Shown here: one piece after another, positions 8,560 through 19,550 of the stretch
Position numbering within the stretch: position 1 is the stretch's first letter
How the letters are laid out: each line of letters opens with the position of its first letter
Source: Prochlorococcus sp. AG-363-B11
Lineage (GTDB): Bacteria > Cyanobacteriota > Cyanobacteriia > PCC-6307 > Cyanobiaceae
Direction of reading: 5' to 3'
DNA: 64,000 bases
Assembly: GCA_003278425.1 (NCBI GenBank)
Contig: QCFE01000005.1
Location: forward strand, 20,066-84,065
Made by a program: the position numbers and the translations under genes
The notes under the pieces: model-generated
Told to the model about the DNA's origin: nothing
The model's input: only the letters and a program-made list of their open reading frames with translations
Databases searched by the model: none

Positions 8560-9702
8560 ATGGTTTTCTCAAAATTCATTATTTATATTGTGAAACAAGA
8601 AATCTGCACAGTCAAAGTCAACTTAGCCAACAATCCATACGAAGTCCGAGTTGGTTCTCATATTTTGTACTCCATAGGAGAAGAGCTGCGTAAACTACAA
8701 ATAAAAGCTGGGACAAGAATACTAGTTGTATCAAATCCCGATGTAGCAACTCCTTATAGTGAGATATTTATAAAAAGTCTTTCAAATGCTGGTTATATTT
8801 CTAAGCTGTTAGTTATCAATGCAGGAGAAGAGCAAAAAACAACTCAAAGTATTTCTTTAATTCACAATGCTTCATATGAGCATCAGCTTGAAAGAAACTC
8901 ATTAATTATTGCACTTGGGGGAGGAGTTATTGGTGATATGGCAGGCTTTGCAGCAGCGACATGGCTAAGAGGTATCCCATTTATACAAGTTCCAACAACA
9001 CTCCTAGCAATGGTTGATGCTTCTGTTGGAGGAAAAACCGGGGTAAATCATCCTAATGGAAAAAATCTAATAGGAGCATTTCATCAGCCAAAACTAGTTT
9101 TAATTGATATAGATACTCTTAAAACACTTCCAAGAAGAGAGTTCTCTGCAGGTATGGCTGAAGTAATAAAATATGGCGTAATTGGCGATTCAGGACTTTT
9201 TCAGAAACTTGAAGAGACTAAAAATTTAAGTGATTTTGAGCTATTAGGGTATGAGACCATTCTTGAAATTATAAAGAAGTCAGTAAAAGCAAAGGCATAT
9301 ATTGTGGAGAAAGATGAAAAAGAGAACGGTATTAGAGCTCTTCTTAATTACGGGCACACTTTTGGACATGTAATTGAAAATCTCACTGGTTATGGTAAGT
9401 GGCTTCATGGTGAGGCTGTGTCAATTGGTATGGTTGCAGTAGGACAACTTTCAATAGAAAAAGGTTTATGGTCAAAACAAGATGCATCCAGACAAAAAGA
9501 ATTACTACTAAAAGCCGATCTTCCAGTTAAGTGGCCAAAGTTAGATCATGATTCCGTTATAAGGTCACTTCAAGGTGACAAAAAGGTTAAAGAAGGAAAA
9601 CTAAGGTTTGTTCTTCCTAAAGCAATAGGTGAAGTATTTTTATCAAGTAAAGTTGAAATTAGAGAAATCAACAATCTTATGAATAAACTTGAAGGTATTT
9701 AA
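8560..9702 (+). CDS. aroB: 3-dehydroquinate synthase (start possibly GTG 8590)
   Basis: GGGVIGD, PTTLLAMVDASVGGKTGVN, LNYGHTFGH, HGEAV. Confidence 0.97.
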   Translation: MVFSKFIIYIVKQEICTVKVNLANNPYEVRVGSHILYSIGEELRKLQIKAGTRILVVSNPDVATPYSEIFIKSLSNAGYISKLLVINAGEEQKTTQSISLIHNASYEHQLERNSLIIALGGGVIGDMAGFAAATWLRGIPFIQVPTTLLAMVDASVGGKTGVNHPNGKNLIGAFHQPKLVLIDIDTLKTLPRREFSAGMAEVIKYGVIGDSGLFQKLEETKNLSDFELLGYETILEIIKKSVKAKAYIVEKDEKENGIRALLNYGHTFGHVIENLTGYGKWLHGEAVSIGMVAVGQLSIEKGLWSKQDASRQKELLLKADLPVKWPKLDHDSVIRSLQGDKKVKEGKLRFVLPKAIGEVFLSSKVEIREINNLMNKLEGI

Positions 9703-10907
9703 TCAAGAGGGTCTAATAAAAAGAGAGGTAATGAATTATTTGATGTTGCCTTTTTAGAAGGTTTATCATACATTATCCATCGAAACTCACCTAAACAAAT
9801 TGGATCTACTAGACGTAGTAAGTTTTCTCTCCTGCTAAGTGCTAATTCTAAATTATCGGATGCTGATGATTGAATTGAATTGAGCTTTTCTGATAAACCT
9901 AATGATAACAATGAAAGACCCTGTCTACGCTCACCAATAAATTTAAAGTTATTGTTTTCAGCTATTAAGTTAAGAGTCTCAAGACATAAATGTGACGTAA
10001 TATCAGATAAGCCTGGGTCAGCTAAGATATTATTACTTGCTTTCTGGTTTCTATAGGAAATCAAAGTTCCTTCAAACCTACTAGTTTGATAGTAACGTCT
10101 TGCTTCCATAGCATAGTCAATTATTAATAAGGGTCCATTCAACAAGCATGATGAGGCTAATTTGAACCAATCATTAAGATGAGTATGGAGCTCTGAAGAC
10201 CATCCATTTCTAGGGTTTTTAGGTGGTATTTGTATACCTAATTGTTTCTTAGCTAAATTCAAGAAATTATTTACTTTACCTGTTAACTTGGAATTTATTA
10301 ATTCAAGATAATTTGCATCTAAATGATTAATAAGCTTAACACATTGCAAATATAGTTTATTATTCAACCAAACAATTCTATCGACTGGAAGTGCATCAAG
10401 TATTTCATGGGCAATCATTATTCCAGTAACAGGATTAGTTGAAAGTTCTCCAAAGTTAGACCATCGTATTTTAACATTATTAAAAGGCATTAATTTTTTC
10501 TTCTGACGCATTCTCATACCATCATTAATTTCTACTAAAACAAATTCAATATTTGATAATAAATGAGGGAAACTAGCTTCAAGTGCAGCTATTAGATAAT
10601 ATGTCAGATCTCCTTCTCCAGGTCCAATATCAATTATAGAGATAGTGCTGTGTTTATTACAATTAGACTCAATTTCTATGATCCATTCCGAAATTTGTAT
10701 AGATAATAATTCACAAAATTCAGGCCCTAGCGAAGGAGATGTAACAAAATCACCTGTTTTCCCAATGCGAAGTTTCCCTGAAGAATAAGAGCCATATTGC
10801 GTTTCATTCAAAGCCCAATCCATAAATTGCGAAAAAGGTACTGTCCCTCCTGCCTCATGCATTAGATCAGACAACCAAACAGGACATTTCACGCGAGAGC
10901 AATTCAT
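9699..10907 (-). CDS. SAM-dependent methyltransferase, MidA/NDUFAF7 (DUF185) family
   Basis: GDFVTSP, DIGPGEG, HEILDALP, IIDY, DITSH. Confidence 0.9.
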   Translation of the reverse strand: MNCSRVKCPVWLSDLMHEAGGTVPFSQFMDWALNETQYGSYSSGKLRIGKTGDFVTSPSLGPEFCELLSIQISEWIIEIESNCNKHSTISIIDIGPGEGDLTYYLIAALEASFPHLLSNIEFVLVEINDGMRMRQKKKLMPFNNVKIRWSNFGELSTNPVTGIMIAHEILDALPVDRIVWLNNKLYLQCVKLINHLDANYLELINSKLTGKVNNFLNLAKKQLGIQIPPKNPRNGWSSELHTHLNDWFKLASSCLLNGPLLIIDYAMEARRYYQTSRFEGTLISYRNQKASNNILADPGLSDITSHLCLETLNLIAENNNFKFIGERRQGLSLLSLGLSEKLNSIQSSASDNLELALSRRENLLRLVDPICLGEFRWIMYDKPSKKATSNNSLPLFLLDPLD

Positions 10908-10938
10908 CAGGGAGAATAGGATTAACTTAAAAACTTAA

Positions 10939-11730
10939 ATGAGAACACTACTAATAAATTCTCTTAAAAGGTTCATTTTGATGATCTTGATAGCTTTAGT
11001 ATTAGCTACTCCATCATTAGCTGCAGAAAATGTTGATTTATTGCCCGATCATCCAACACCAATAATTGACCTTGCCAAATCCTTAAGCGAAGAGCAAAGG
11101 CTGGTCTTAGAAAAATCTCTGGATGATTATGAAATAAAAACTGGCTGGAAAATAAAGGTCCTTACTCAATATGAAAAGACTCCTGGGAAGGCAATCAAAA
11201 GCTTTTGGGATCTGGACGAAACTAGTTTAGTTTTAGTTGCTGACCCAAGGGGGGGTAATCTTTTGAATTTTAATGTTGGAGAAGCATATTTCGCTCTATT
11301 GCCGAGAATTTTCTGGGTAGAACTACAATCTAGATTCGGCAATCAATTTTATGTAAGAGATAATGGCGAGGATGGGGCAATTATTGAATCAATTAATTCA
11401 ATTAGAATATGCTTAGACAAGGGTGGATGTGATTTTGTTCCAGGTTTACCAAGGGAACAATGGGTTTGGACTCTTATTACATCAATATTAGGAGGAATAA
11501 TTGCAGGATTAGCCGCAGTTCCTCGAAATGAAAAGGTTTTCATTGAGTGGAAGTGGCTTTTACTTATGTCTCCCCTATGGATAATGTTATTTGGAGTTTT
11601 TGGAATAGGCCCAGTAGTAACAAGGACTTCAGAAATACTTCCTTTGGCAAGAAATATTATTTCTTTTGTTGCATGCTCAATGATTGCTTTTATTCTCAGT
11701 CCAAGAGCATCCAATCAACAAGTTAACTAA
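10939..11730 (+). CDS. TPM-domain thylakoid membrane protein
   Basis: Signal peptide; IDLAKSLS, FWVELQSRFGNQFYVRDNGED, CxxVPGLP; C-terminal TM helices. Confidence 0.85.
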   Translation: MRTLLINSLKRFILMILIALVLATPSLAAENVDLLPDHPTPIIDLAKSLSEEQRLVLEKSLDDYEIKTGWKIKVLTQYEKTPGKAIKSFWDLDETSLVLVADPRGGNLLNFNVGEAYFALLPRIFWVELQSRFGNQFYVRDNGEDGAIIESINSIRICLDKGGCDFVPGLPREQWVWTLITSILGGIIAGLAAVPRNEKVFIEWKWLLLMSPLWIMLFGVFGIGPVVTRTSEILPLARNIISFVACSMIAFILSPRASNQQVN

Positions 11731-11783
11731 TAAAAAACAAAAACCACTAGAAAGCCTGATCTTACTTCTTAAAGTTATTTTTT

Positions 11784-12632
11784 TTAGTTCAGATTAAATA
11801 AATTCTCTTGATAAGCAACTGAAGCATCTTCTCTATACCAGCGATGAGAAGCATGACACAGTTTTTTATCTATGAACTCAACCCAAGAAAAATGACTAAT
11901 CAAATTCATATGTTCATCAGTACCTTTTCTGGGGACTGAGGCAGCATTTAAATATGCTGTGGATCTCTTTTTATCCATAAGAAAGGTTTTTCTTATCCCT
12001 TTTCCTTTCTTAAGTTCATGATGCATATGACCAAACACAACGAGGTCTACAGATCTAATCTTTTGAATCTTATCAATTGCTACCGCAAGATCTTTATCTC
12101 CCCAATCTATTTCTGGTAACTTCCAATCCCTACCGCATGGACTACAGGCATCAGAACCCAGTCCAGTTGGTCCTGAATGTGCAAGGACAATTAATGGATA
12201 ATCATGAGGAGTATTTATAGATGAACTACAAATACGCTCAATAGATTCCTCAAGACTAACAGGACCAAAAACTGCCCTTATTTGATTAGAAAGAAAATAA
12301 CCTCCTCCTGCACTACAAGGTCTCCCTCCAACAATGACTACAGGTAGTGAGCTCCATATTCTCCTAGACCAAGAACAATCCTTATCTCCAAGTAACTGCA
12401 TTTGTGTTTTTAATTGATAACCAGAATTATCAGTACCTCTGTCGTGATTCCCAAGGACTACGGCCGTAGGAATTGTGATTTCTTTTATTGCCTTAACATG
12501 TCTAATTTCACCATTTCCTAAATCACCAACAAACAAAAGAGCGTCTGGAGCCAATGCTTCTAATAGCTTGTGATCATCTTTTGACCACAAGCCATGGAGA
12601 TCTCCTGCAATAGCAATACGAAATTTGGACAG
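11784..12632 (-). CDS. TIGR04168 / DevT-like metallophosphoesterase, start extended to the CTG at 12632
   Basis: Motifs GDLHG (upstream of the TTG at 12590), VGDLG, LGNHD, AHSGP, FGHMHH. Confidence 0.88.
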   Translation of the reverse strand: MSKFRIAIAGDLHGLWSKDDHKLLEALAPDALLFVGDLGNGEIRHVKAIKEITIPTAVVLGNHDRGTDNSGYQLKTQMQLLGDKDCSWSRRIWSSLPVVIVGGRPCSAGGGYFLSNQIRAVFGPVSLEESIERICSSSINTPHDYPLIVLAHSGPTGLGSDACSPCGRDWKLPEIDWGDKDLAVAIDKIQKIRSVDLVVFGHMHHELKKGKGIRKTFLMDKKRSTAYLNAASVPRKGTDEHMNLISHFSWVEFIDKKLCHASHRWYREDASVAYQENLFNLN

Positions 12633-12657
12633 AAAAAAAGTGTTAGGAGCCTCTATA

Positions 12658-13656
12658 ATGCCTCAAATCGCACAAAAAAAACTGTATACCGCTGAATCTA
12701 CCCATCAGACGGTCTTACCGGCTCCCATTAATCAGGAAGCAGTAAAGGAGCAGATCAAATCGCTTTGTAAAAAACGTAATGCCGTAATACTTGCTCATTA
12801 TTATCAAGATGAACTTATTCAAGATATTGCCCACTTCATTGGAGACTCCCTAGAACTATCTAGGAAAGCTGCGGCCACAAATGCAGAGGTGATCGTTTTT
12901 TGTGGTGTTCACTTCATGGCGGAAACAGCAAAAATACTATCCCCTGATAAGAAAGTAGTAATACCAGACGTTAATGCTGGTTGTTCATTATCCAATGAAT
13001 GTCCCGAGGAAGATTTTAGGAAGTTTTGTGAAAAGCATCCTGATCATTTTGTTATTAGCTATATCAACTGCTCAGCTGCAGTAAAAGCTCAAAGTGACTT
13101 GATCTGTACAAGTAGTAATGCCGTTGAACTAGTAAAGCAAGTCCCTAAAGAAATGCCTATATTATTTGCACCAGATAAAAACCTTGGGAGATGGGTAGAA
13201 CGTCAGACTGGTAGAAAAATGACTCTATGGCCAGGTTCATGCATGGTTCATGAAACTTTTAATGAAGAAGCAATCCTCAAATTAAAAATTAATCATCCAG
13301 AAGCAGATGTTATTGCACATCCTGAGTGTACAGAAGTACTACTTCAATATGCAGATTTCATAGGTTCAACAAGCAAACTTTTAAGCTATTCCCAATCCTC
13401 ATCATCAGAAGAATTCATTGTTTTAACTGAACCAGGAATAATTTATCAAATGCAGAAAAATAATCCCTTAAAAACATTTATTCCAGTCCCAGGAATAGAT
13501 GGATGCAATTGCAATATATGTCCCTATATGAGATTAAATACATTAGAAAAAGTACTTCAATCTCTTATTTCTCTTAGCCCTGAGATTTCACTTAATGAGC
13601 AAATCAGGTTGAAAGCACTTAGCCCCATTAATAAAATGCTTTCTTTAAGTGCTTAA
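12658..13656 (+). CDS. nadA: Quinolinate synthase (ATG 12658 preferred over TTG 12625)
   Basis: [35 protein letters not shown]. Confidence 0.96.
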   Translation: MPQIAQKKLYTAESTHQTVLPAPINQEAVKEQIKSLCKKRNAVILAHYYQDELIQDIAHFIGDSLELSRKAAATNAEVIVFCGVHFMAETAKILSPDKKVVIPDVNAGCSLSNECPEEDFRKFCEKHPDHFVISYINCSAAVKAQSDLICTSSNAVELVKQVPKEMPILFAPDKNLGRWVERQTGRKMTLWPGSCMVHETFNEEAILKLKINHPEADVIAHPECTEVLLQYADFIGSTSKLLSYSQSSSSEEFIVLTEPGIIYQMQKNNPLKTFIPVPGIDGCNCNICPYMRLNTLEKVLQSLISLSPEISLNEQIRLKALSPINKMLSLSA

Positions 13657-13759
13657 ATTCTTCAATATTTATACTTCTAAATTTTTATTGAGGTTATAGA
13701 TTTTGATCTATTGCTTTTAAAAGACACAAATTACCTAGAATAATTCAAATCTATATAAA

Positions 13760-15145
13760 TTACTTACAACAAGGTGTGTTTAATGCATATTTAAGATTTG
13801 AGCTTTTAGGGACAAATGATTGTTCTAATTTAGATTTATTTAGCATTCTTATTAAAGCATTTTCAGCAACAACATATTGGCCATCTGAATATGTACCAAG
13901 ATCAGTTATAATAAGTTTTTTATTTTTCCTAGTATTTATTGAAGCCTCAAAATCAGGTTTTATACCATTTTTATTAATATCTTTACCATTCGGTGTCAAA
14001 TATTTAGCGACGGTAACTGTTATTCCAGAGCCGTCAACTAATGTCCTTACAGACTGAACTAAACCTTTACCAAATGTTTTCTTACCTACAAGAATACCCC
14101 TATTATTATCTTGAATTGCTCCAGATAGGATTTCACTAGCACTTGCAGATCCCTCATTTACCAAAACGGCTAAAGGCCTAGAAGTTAATGCATTACCTTT
14201 TGCTCGTCTTACATCGCTAACTCCATCCTTAGTCAAAGTACTAACAATTATCCCCCTATCTAAAAGTTGCCTTGCTATATCAATACTTGCTTCTAGCAAC
14301 CCACCTGGATTACCTCTTAAGTCAACAATGTACGCGTCTGGATTTTGTTTCTCTAAGGCTAAAACTGAATATCGCATTTCTTTAGCAGCATTAGCACTAA
14401 ATTGTTTAATACGTATATACCCGATTTTTATACCAGTCTTAGTTTTATTTAATCTACTAATAACAGTTCGAATGGAAATTCGCTCCCTGATCAAAGTAAA
14501 TTCTTTAAACTTATTATTCCTTCGAATCCCTATATTTACTGAAGTACCCTTTTTACCTCGTATTAATTTAACAACATTATCTACACTCATCCCTTTAGTA
14601 AGAGTACCATTTATTGATGAAATAATATCTTTTGGTTGTATCCCAGCATTAAAAGCTGGTGTTCCTTCAATAGGAGCTACAACCACAACTTCTTTAGAGA
14701 CTTCGTCAATAGATATTTGAATTCCTATTCCAGTAAGTTCACCTGATGTATCAATACGCATTTCGTTAAATTCCTTAGGGTCAAGAAAACGAGTATATGG
14801 ATCATCTAATGTTGCTAACATTGCTCTAATTGCTTCATATGAATCTTCTGAATTTTGATATTTAGCTGATAATAATTTTTTCCTTAGTTGTAACCATTCA
14901 TTTTGAGAAAAGTCTTTTGAGACAGCCATATAATCTCGGTAAATTATCTGCCAGACCTGATCAATAACCTCCTTAGGACTCTTCTGAATTAACAGCGAAT
15001 TATTGATAGGAGATGCATAAATAGGTAATGTAAACAATGAAGATAATAATAAGCAACTTAAATTAGTTGAGATAATTGATAATTTTTTTCTTTTCATTGC
15101 TAGGGCTATACTTGCAATATTCTTATTAAGAAACTTTTGATGCAT
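13760..15145 (-). CDS. C-terminal processing peptidase, S41 family (CtpA-like)
   Basis: LDDPYTRF, PDZ GIGI, DLRGNPGG, SASASEI, GKGLVQ. Confidence 0.93.
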   Translation of the reverse strand: MHQKFLNKNIASIALAMKRKKLSIISTNLSCLLLSSLFTLPIYASPINNSLLIQKSPKEVIDQVWQIIYRDYMAVSKDFSQNEWLQLRKKLLSAKYQNSEDSYEAIRAMLATLDDPYTRFLDPKEFNEMRIDTSGELTGIGIQISIDEVSKEVVVVAPIEGTPAFNAGIQPKDIISSINGTLTKGMSVDNVVKLIRGKKGTSVNIGIRRNNKFKEFTLIRERISIRTVISRLNKTKTGIKIGYIRIKQFSANAAKEMRYSVLALEKQNPDAYIVDLRGNPGGLLEASIDIARQLLDRGIIVSTLTKDGVSDVRRAKGNALTSRPLAVLVNEGSASASEILSGAIQDNNRGILVGKKTFGKGLVQSVRTLVDGSGITVTVAKYLTPNGKDINKNGIKPDFEASINTRKNKKLIITDLGTYSDGQYVVAENALIRMLNKSKLEQSFVPKSSNLKYALNTPCCK

Positions 15146-16374
15146 TAGGTTTCAGGCTCAATCCATTTTCCATCCTGTTTAATAAGATCAACCAAAGCCT
15201 GAACTCCTTCCTCTTCAGGAACTTTACGAATCTCATCTCTTCTTCTATAAAGCGCAATTGTACCTTTACCTTTTCCTACATATCCATAATCAGCATCTGC
15301 CATTTCACCAGGACCATTAACAATACATCCCATAACAGCTATATCTAAGCCAGTTAAATGAGAAGTAGCTTCTCTTACTTTAGCGACAACTTCCTCTAGG
15401 TTAAAAAGTGTACGTCCACAACTAGGACAACTGATATATTCAACCATTGTTTTTCTTAAACCAACTGTCTGCAAAATTGAATAGGCAACAGGAATCTCCT
15501 TCTCAGGTGCCTCAGTAAGAGAAACTCTTATGGTATCGCCAATTCCTTCTGATAAAAGTGTCCCAATTCCTACGGTACTTTTAATTCGACCATAATCTCC
15601 ATCTCCAGCTTCAGTGACTCCTAAATGAAGAGGATAATGATAGCCTTCCTTATCCATAGTATCTGCCATTAATCTGTAAGCAGCTAGCATGACAGGAGGC
15701 CTTGAAGCCTTCATGGAAACCACAATATTATGGAAATTTAAAGAATCACAAATACGAATAAATTCCATTGCTGACTCGACCATCCCCTCAGGAGTATCAC
15801 CATATTGAAATAACATTCTCTCGGCTAATGATCCATGGTTAACCCCTATTCGTAATGCCTTGTTCTGTTCTTTTAATGAATTAACGATTGGTTCGAAATT
15901 TTGGATAATTTTATTTTTAATAGATGAGATTTCGTCCTTTGAAAATTCTGTCCTATTTGGATCTGGTTTTGAAAAAACAAATAATCCTGGATTAATTCTA
16001 ACCTTATCTACATGCTTTGCTACCTCTAAAGCTATTTTCATTCCATTATGATGAACATCTGCTACCAAAGGAACTGGCATATAGGAAGCTTCCAATGCTG
16101 CCCTTATTTCTCCCACGGCCTTTGCATGAGAAAGAGATGGCACAGTTAATCTAACAATTTCACACCCAACTTCATGCAATCGTTGAATAGCAGCAGTAGA
16201 AGCTTCTATATCTAAAGTATCTTCATTAATCATCGATTGGACACTTACAGGATGGTCGCTGCCAATAAATATATTCCCAACCTTTACCGAACATGTTTGT
16301 CTTCGTTCGATTTGAGTGCTATAGCGTCTAGACAAAAGCTGATCGCTTAATTTCTTAAGGGTATCTGTAGTCAT
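15145..16374 (-). CDS. ispG: HMBPP synthase
   Basis: [43 protein letters not shown]. Confidence 0.97.
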   Translation of the reverse strand: MTTDTLKKLSDQLLSRRYSTQIERRQTCSVKVGNIFIGSDHPVSVQSMINEDTLDIEASTAAIQRLHEVGCEIVRLTVPSLSHAKAVGEIRAALEASYMPVPLVADVHHNGMKIALEVAKHVDKVRINPGLFVFSKPDPNRTEFSKDEISSIKNKIIQNFEPIVNSLKEQNKALRIGVNHGSLAERMLFQYGDTPEGMVESAMEFIRICDSLNFHNIVVSMKASRPPVMLAAYRLMADTMDKEGYHYPLHLGVTEAGDGDYGRIKSTVGIGTLLSEGIGDTIRVSLTEAPEKEIPVAYSILQTVGLRKTMVEYISCPSCGRTLFNLEEVVAKVREATSHLTGLDIAVMGCIVNGPGEMADADYGYVGKGKGTIALYRRRDEIRKVPEEEGVQALVDLIKQDGKWIEPET

Positions 16375-16985
16375 GAGGTAGTATTTGCTGAAAAGATAGA
16401 CTTAGGTTTTTTAGTAAATGAACTTAGTTCAGTGAGCTTTTTTTTTACCTCAATAAGATCAATGCAGGTTAACTCATAAGGTCTACCAATGGACCTAGAT
16501 GGATTTCTTAAGAGATAAGAAGGGTGAAAAATTGGCCTAACATAAAACCCGTTCCAATTGTGCCATGTACCTCTTAATTCTGAGATCTTAGACTTCAGAC
16601 CAAGTATTGCGCGTGAAGCAGTTGAGCCGATTAATACGATAATCAATGGATTAATTATTTTTATTTGTTGATATAACCAGGGTAAATGCAAAGCAATCTC
16701 CTCCTGAGTTGGTAGTCGATTATTTGGAGGCCTAGATTTAATTAAATTACAAATGTAAACATCATGCTCATAATCAAAACCTGCCTCTTTTAAAAGATTA
16801 TTTAAAAGTTTTCCTGATCTACCTACAAAAGGCCTTAGTAATTTCTCTTCAGTTGCACCAGGAGCTTCACCAATAAGCATCAATGATGAAAAAGGGTTGC
16901 CCCTACTAATAACAAGAGAAGCTGTTTGGGAGTTCCCTGAACAGGAATTACAGCTCAAAAGTTCTACAGAGGAAGAAATAGACAT
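16371..16985 (-). CDS. Uracil-DNA glycosylase, family 4
   Basis: [22 protein letters not shown]. Confidence 0.92.
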   Translation of the reverse strand: MSISSSVELLSCNSCSGNSQTASLVISRGNPFSSLMLIGEAPGATEEKLLRPFVGRSGKLLNNLLKEAGFDYEHDVYICNLIKSRPPNNRLPTQEEIALHLPWLYQQIKIINPLIIVLIGSTASRAILGLKSKISELRGTWHNWNGFYVRPIFHPSYLLRNPSRSIGRPYELTCIDLIEVKKKLTELSSFTKKPKSIFSANTTS

Positions 16986-17008
16986 AAAGCTAATGTCTTT
17001 TAAGAATT

Positions 17009-17410
17009 TTATTTCCTATCTTGTTTAAGCAGAGGTACAAAAACCAAAAAGTAATTGTCCTCAATATCTGCGAGCCATGCTTCAGCTCCAAATTCTTCAA
17101 TTACTGGACCTTCAATTAATCTTCCACCAATGGAAGTAATTTCTTTTATGAAAGTTTCTAGTAAATTAATTGGATTTAGAACCGCTCGACTTTCAAAACA
17201 CAAGGCCAATGATGGAGGAGAAAAACGCACTTCTAAAGTTCGGTTCGAGGGTTTAAAAAAGCTTATATTCTCAAATTTAATGTTTCTAATATTGAAATCC
17301 TTTACAGAAAAGCCTTCTGATAGGTTTAGATCCATTACAAAAGAATAAAACCTTCCTAATTTCTCTGGTTCTCTTGATGAAATTAATAAATTAGTTTTAG
17401 TAAAATCCAT
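17009..17410 (-). CDS. VOC/glyoxalase family protein (start ATG 17410)
   Basis: LGRFYS...GGRLIEGP...FGAEAWLADIEDN pattern. Confidence 0.8.
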   Translation of the reverse strand: MDFTKTNLLISSREPEKLGRFYSFVMDLNLSEGFSVKDFNIRNIKFENISFFKPSNRTLEVRFSPPSLALCFESRAVLNPINLLETFIKEITSIGGRLIEGPVIEEFGAEAWLADIEDNYFLVFVPLLKQDRK

Positions 17411-17504
17411 AAGAGATTTATATAATTTATATAGCTTATTGAAAACACTCAGACATGCACTATGTGCTGTTAACAAAAGCTCCCAACAGAAAGATGATAA
17501 AAGT

Positions 17505-18689
17505 ATGATCCACCACAGTTCAATTTCTAAAAGAGCGAGTGGCCTAAAAGCCTCAATGACCCTAGAGATCAGTGCACTGGCTCAGGAGTTAAGAAAGAGT
17601 GGGAAAAATATCTGCAGTTTAAGTGCAGGCGAACCAGACTTCGACACCCCAGATTTCATAGTCGAGGCAACTAAAAAAGCTCTTGAGGATGGTATTACTA
17701 GGTATGGACCGGCCGCAGGAGATCCGCTACTTAGAGGAGCAATTGCTAATAAGCTAACAACTATAAACAAAGTTCACTCAACAAAAGAAAATATTCTTAT
17801 TACTAATGGCGGCAAACAAGCAATTTTTAATTTATTTCAAATACTTCTTGATCCAGGAGATGAAGTACTAATTCCCTCCCCTTACTGGCTGAGTTACCCT
17901 GAAATTACAAGATTTGCCCAAGGCAAGCCTATATTCATTGAGACGTCACCAGAGAGTGGGTTCACACTAGATGTTGATAAAATTGAATTAGCAATTTCTC
18001 CCAAAACAAAATTATTAATACTGAATTCCCCATGTAACCCAACTGGGAAAGTAATGAAATTAAAAGAGTTGCAAGCAATTGTCGAACTTTTAAGAAGACA
18101 CCCAAATATTTATGTTGTAAGTGATGAGATTTATGAATTTTTAATTTCTGAAAAAGAACAACATATTTCTATCGCACAATTAGCCGAAGATATAAAAGAT
18201 CGAATATTTATAGTAAATGGATTTGCAAAAGCTTGGGCTATGACAGGATGGAGAGTAGGCTATTTACATGGAAATGAAACAACTATCAAGAAGGCAATAG
18301 CACTGCAGAGTCAAAGCACAAGTAATGTATGTAGTTTTGCTCAGAAGGGTGCTCTTGCTGCGATCCAGGAAAAGCCTACAGGGATAGACTATATGATTAG
18401 TAGTTATAATAAACGTAGGGTTATGCTAATTAAAGGCTTAAAAGAAATCGATAAGTTATTGGTTTACCAACAATCAGGAGCCTTCTATGCTTTTCCTAAG
18501 CTTATAAATGAAATGCCGGACTCCTTAAGTTTTTGTAAGACAGCTTTAGAGCAAGAAGGATTGGCAATGATTCCTGGGATTGCTTTTGGTCAAGACAGGT
18601 GCATTAGATTATCCTGTTCAGTATCAGATGAAACTATTATTGATGGCATAGAGAGGCTAAAGAGACTAGTCGATAAATTAAAAAAATGA
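17505..18689 (+). CDS. aspC: Aspartate aminotransferase, class I/II PLP (start ATG 17505)
   Basis: LSAGEPDF, NSPCNPTG, SDEIY, GFAKAWAMTGWRVG. Confidence 0.9.
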   Translation: MIHHSSISKRASGLKASMTLEISALAQELRKSGKNICSLSAGEPDFDTPDFIVEATKKALEDGITRYGPAAGDPLLRGAIANKLTTINKVHSTKENILITNGGKQAIFNLFQILLDPGDEVLIPSPYWLSYPEITRFAQGKPIFIETSPESGFTLDVDKIELAISPKTKLLILNSPCNPTGKVMKLKELQAIVELLRRHPNIYVVSDEIYEFLISEKEQHISIAQLAEDIKDRIFIVNGFAKAWAMTGWRVGYLHGNETTIKKAIALQSQSTSNVCSFAQKGALAAIQEKPTGIDYMISSYNKRRVMLIKGLKEIDKLLVYQQSGAFYAFPKLINEMPDSLSFCKTALEQEGLAMIPGIAFGQDRCIRLSCSVSDETIIDGIERLKRLVDKLKK

Positions 18690-18808
18690 CAATCCCTACG
18701 GCTATACACCTTGTACATGCCAAAATATCAATGTATTTTTATAAAATTTGGTAATACCTACTTCATAATAATCATTCAAATCAATGTACTAATATAGTTA
18801 CCTAGAAG

Positions 18809-19546
18809 ATGACTAAATTACTAGAGATCAGGGATGTAACGCTAGAAAGCAATGGAAGGAAAAGAATAGATAGCATAAATATCTCAATAAACCATGGAGA
18901 TAAAATTGCATTATTAGGTAAAAGCGGTGCTGGTAAAACAACTCTTCTTAAAATAATAAACGGTTCAATAAAACCTACTGTTGGAGAGGTGATTTTCAAT
19001 GGGAAAAACATAACAAATGCGTCTAACAACCAGAGACGTCAAATAGGATCATTATGGCAAGATCTAAGGCTCATAGACGAATTAACCGTAGGTCAAAATG
19101 TCAATTGTGGTGCACTTGGACGAAGAGGTATAGGATGGGCAATAGCTAATCTATTTGGAATAATCGAATATCAAGAATGTCTTAGTTGCCTAGATACTGT
19201 TGAGCTATCAAGCGATTTTATTAATGTGAATATTCAAGAGCTCTCTAGTGGGCAAAAAAAGAGAGTAGCCATAGCAAGACTTATTCGTCAAGAATCAAAA
19301 TTGATTGTAGCTGACGAGCCATTGTCTAATTTAGATCCAAGTCTATGTACAAGTATATTAAATATGCTTTTAAAGAAACAAAGTATAAAAGGAATAAATA
19401 TTCCTGATAGTTGTATAATAAGTCTCCATAGACCTGATCTAATTAATAAATTCAACCGTGTAATTGGTATAAAGGCTGGTCAAATTATTATAGATACAGA
19501 AAATCCTAGTATCTCAAGTTCAATAATCAAAAATCTATACAGCTAG
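18809..19546 (+). CDS. phnC: Phosphonate/phosphite-type ABC transporter ATP-binding subunit
   Basis: Walker A GKSGAGKTT, WQDLRL, QNVNCGALGR, signature LSSGQ, ADEP, SLH; sits before a phnE-like gene. Confidence 0.8.
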   Translation: MTKLLEIRDVTLESNGRKRIDSINISINHGDKIALLGKSGAGKTTLLKIINGSIKPTVGEVIFNGKNITNASNNQRRQIGSLWQDLRLIDELTVGQNVNCGALGRRGIGWAIANLFGIIEYQECLSCLDTVELSSDFINVNIQELSSGQKKRVAIARLIRQESKLIVADEPLSNLDPSLCTSILNMLLKKQSIKGINIPDSCIISLHRPDLINKFNRVIGIKAGQIIIDTENPSISSSIIKNLYS

Positions 19547-19550
19547 GGAC

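Noticed and set aside
18686-18754. Short ORF MTIPTAIHLVHAKISMYFYKIW overlapping the aspC stop, as a possible phnD remnant
   Set aside because: No recognisable similarity to a PhnD signal peptide or domain.
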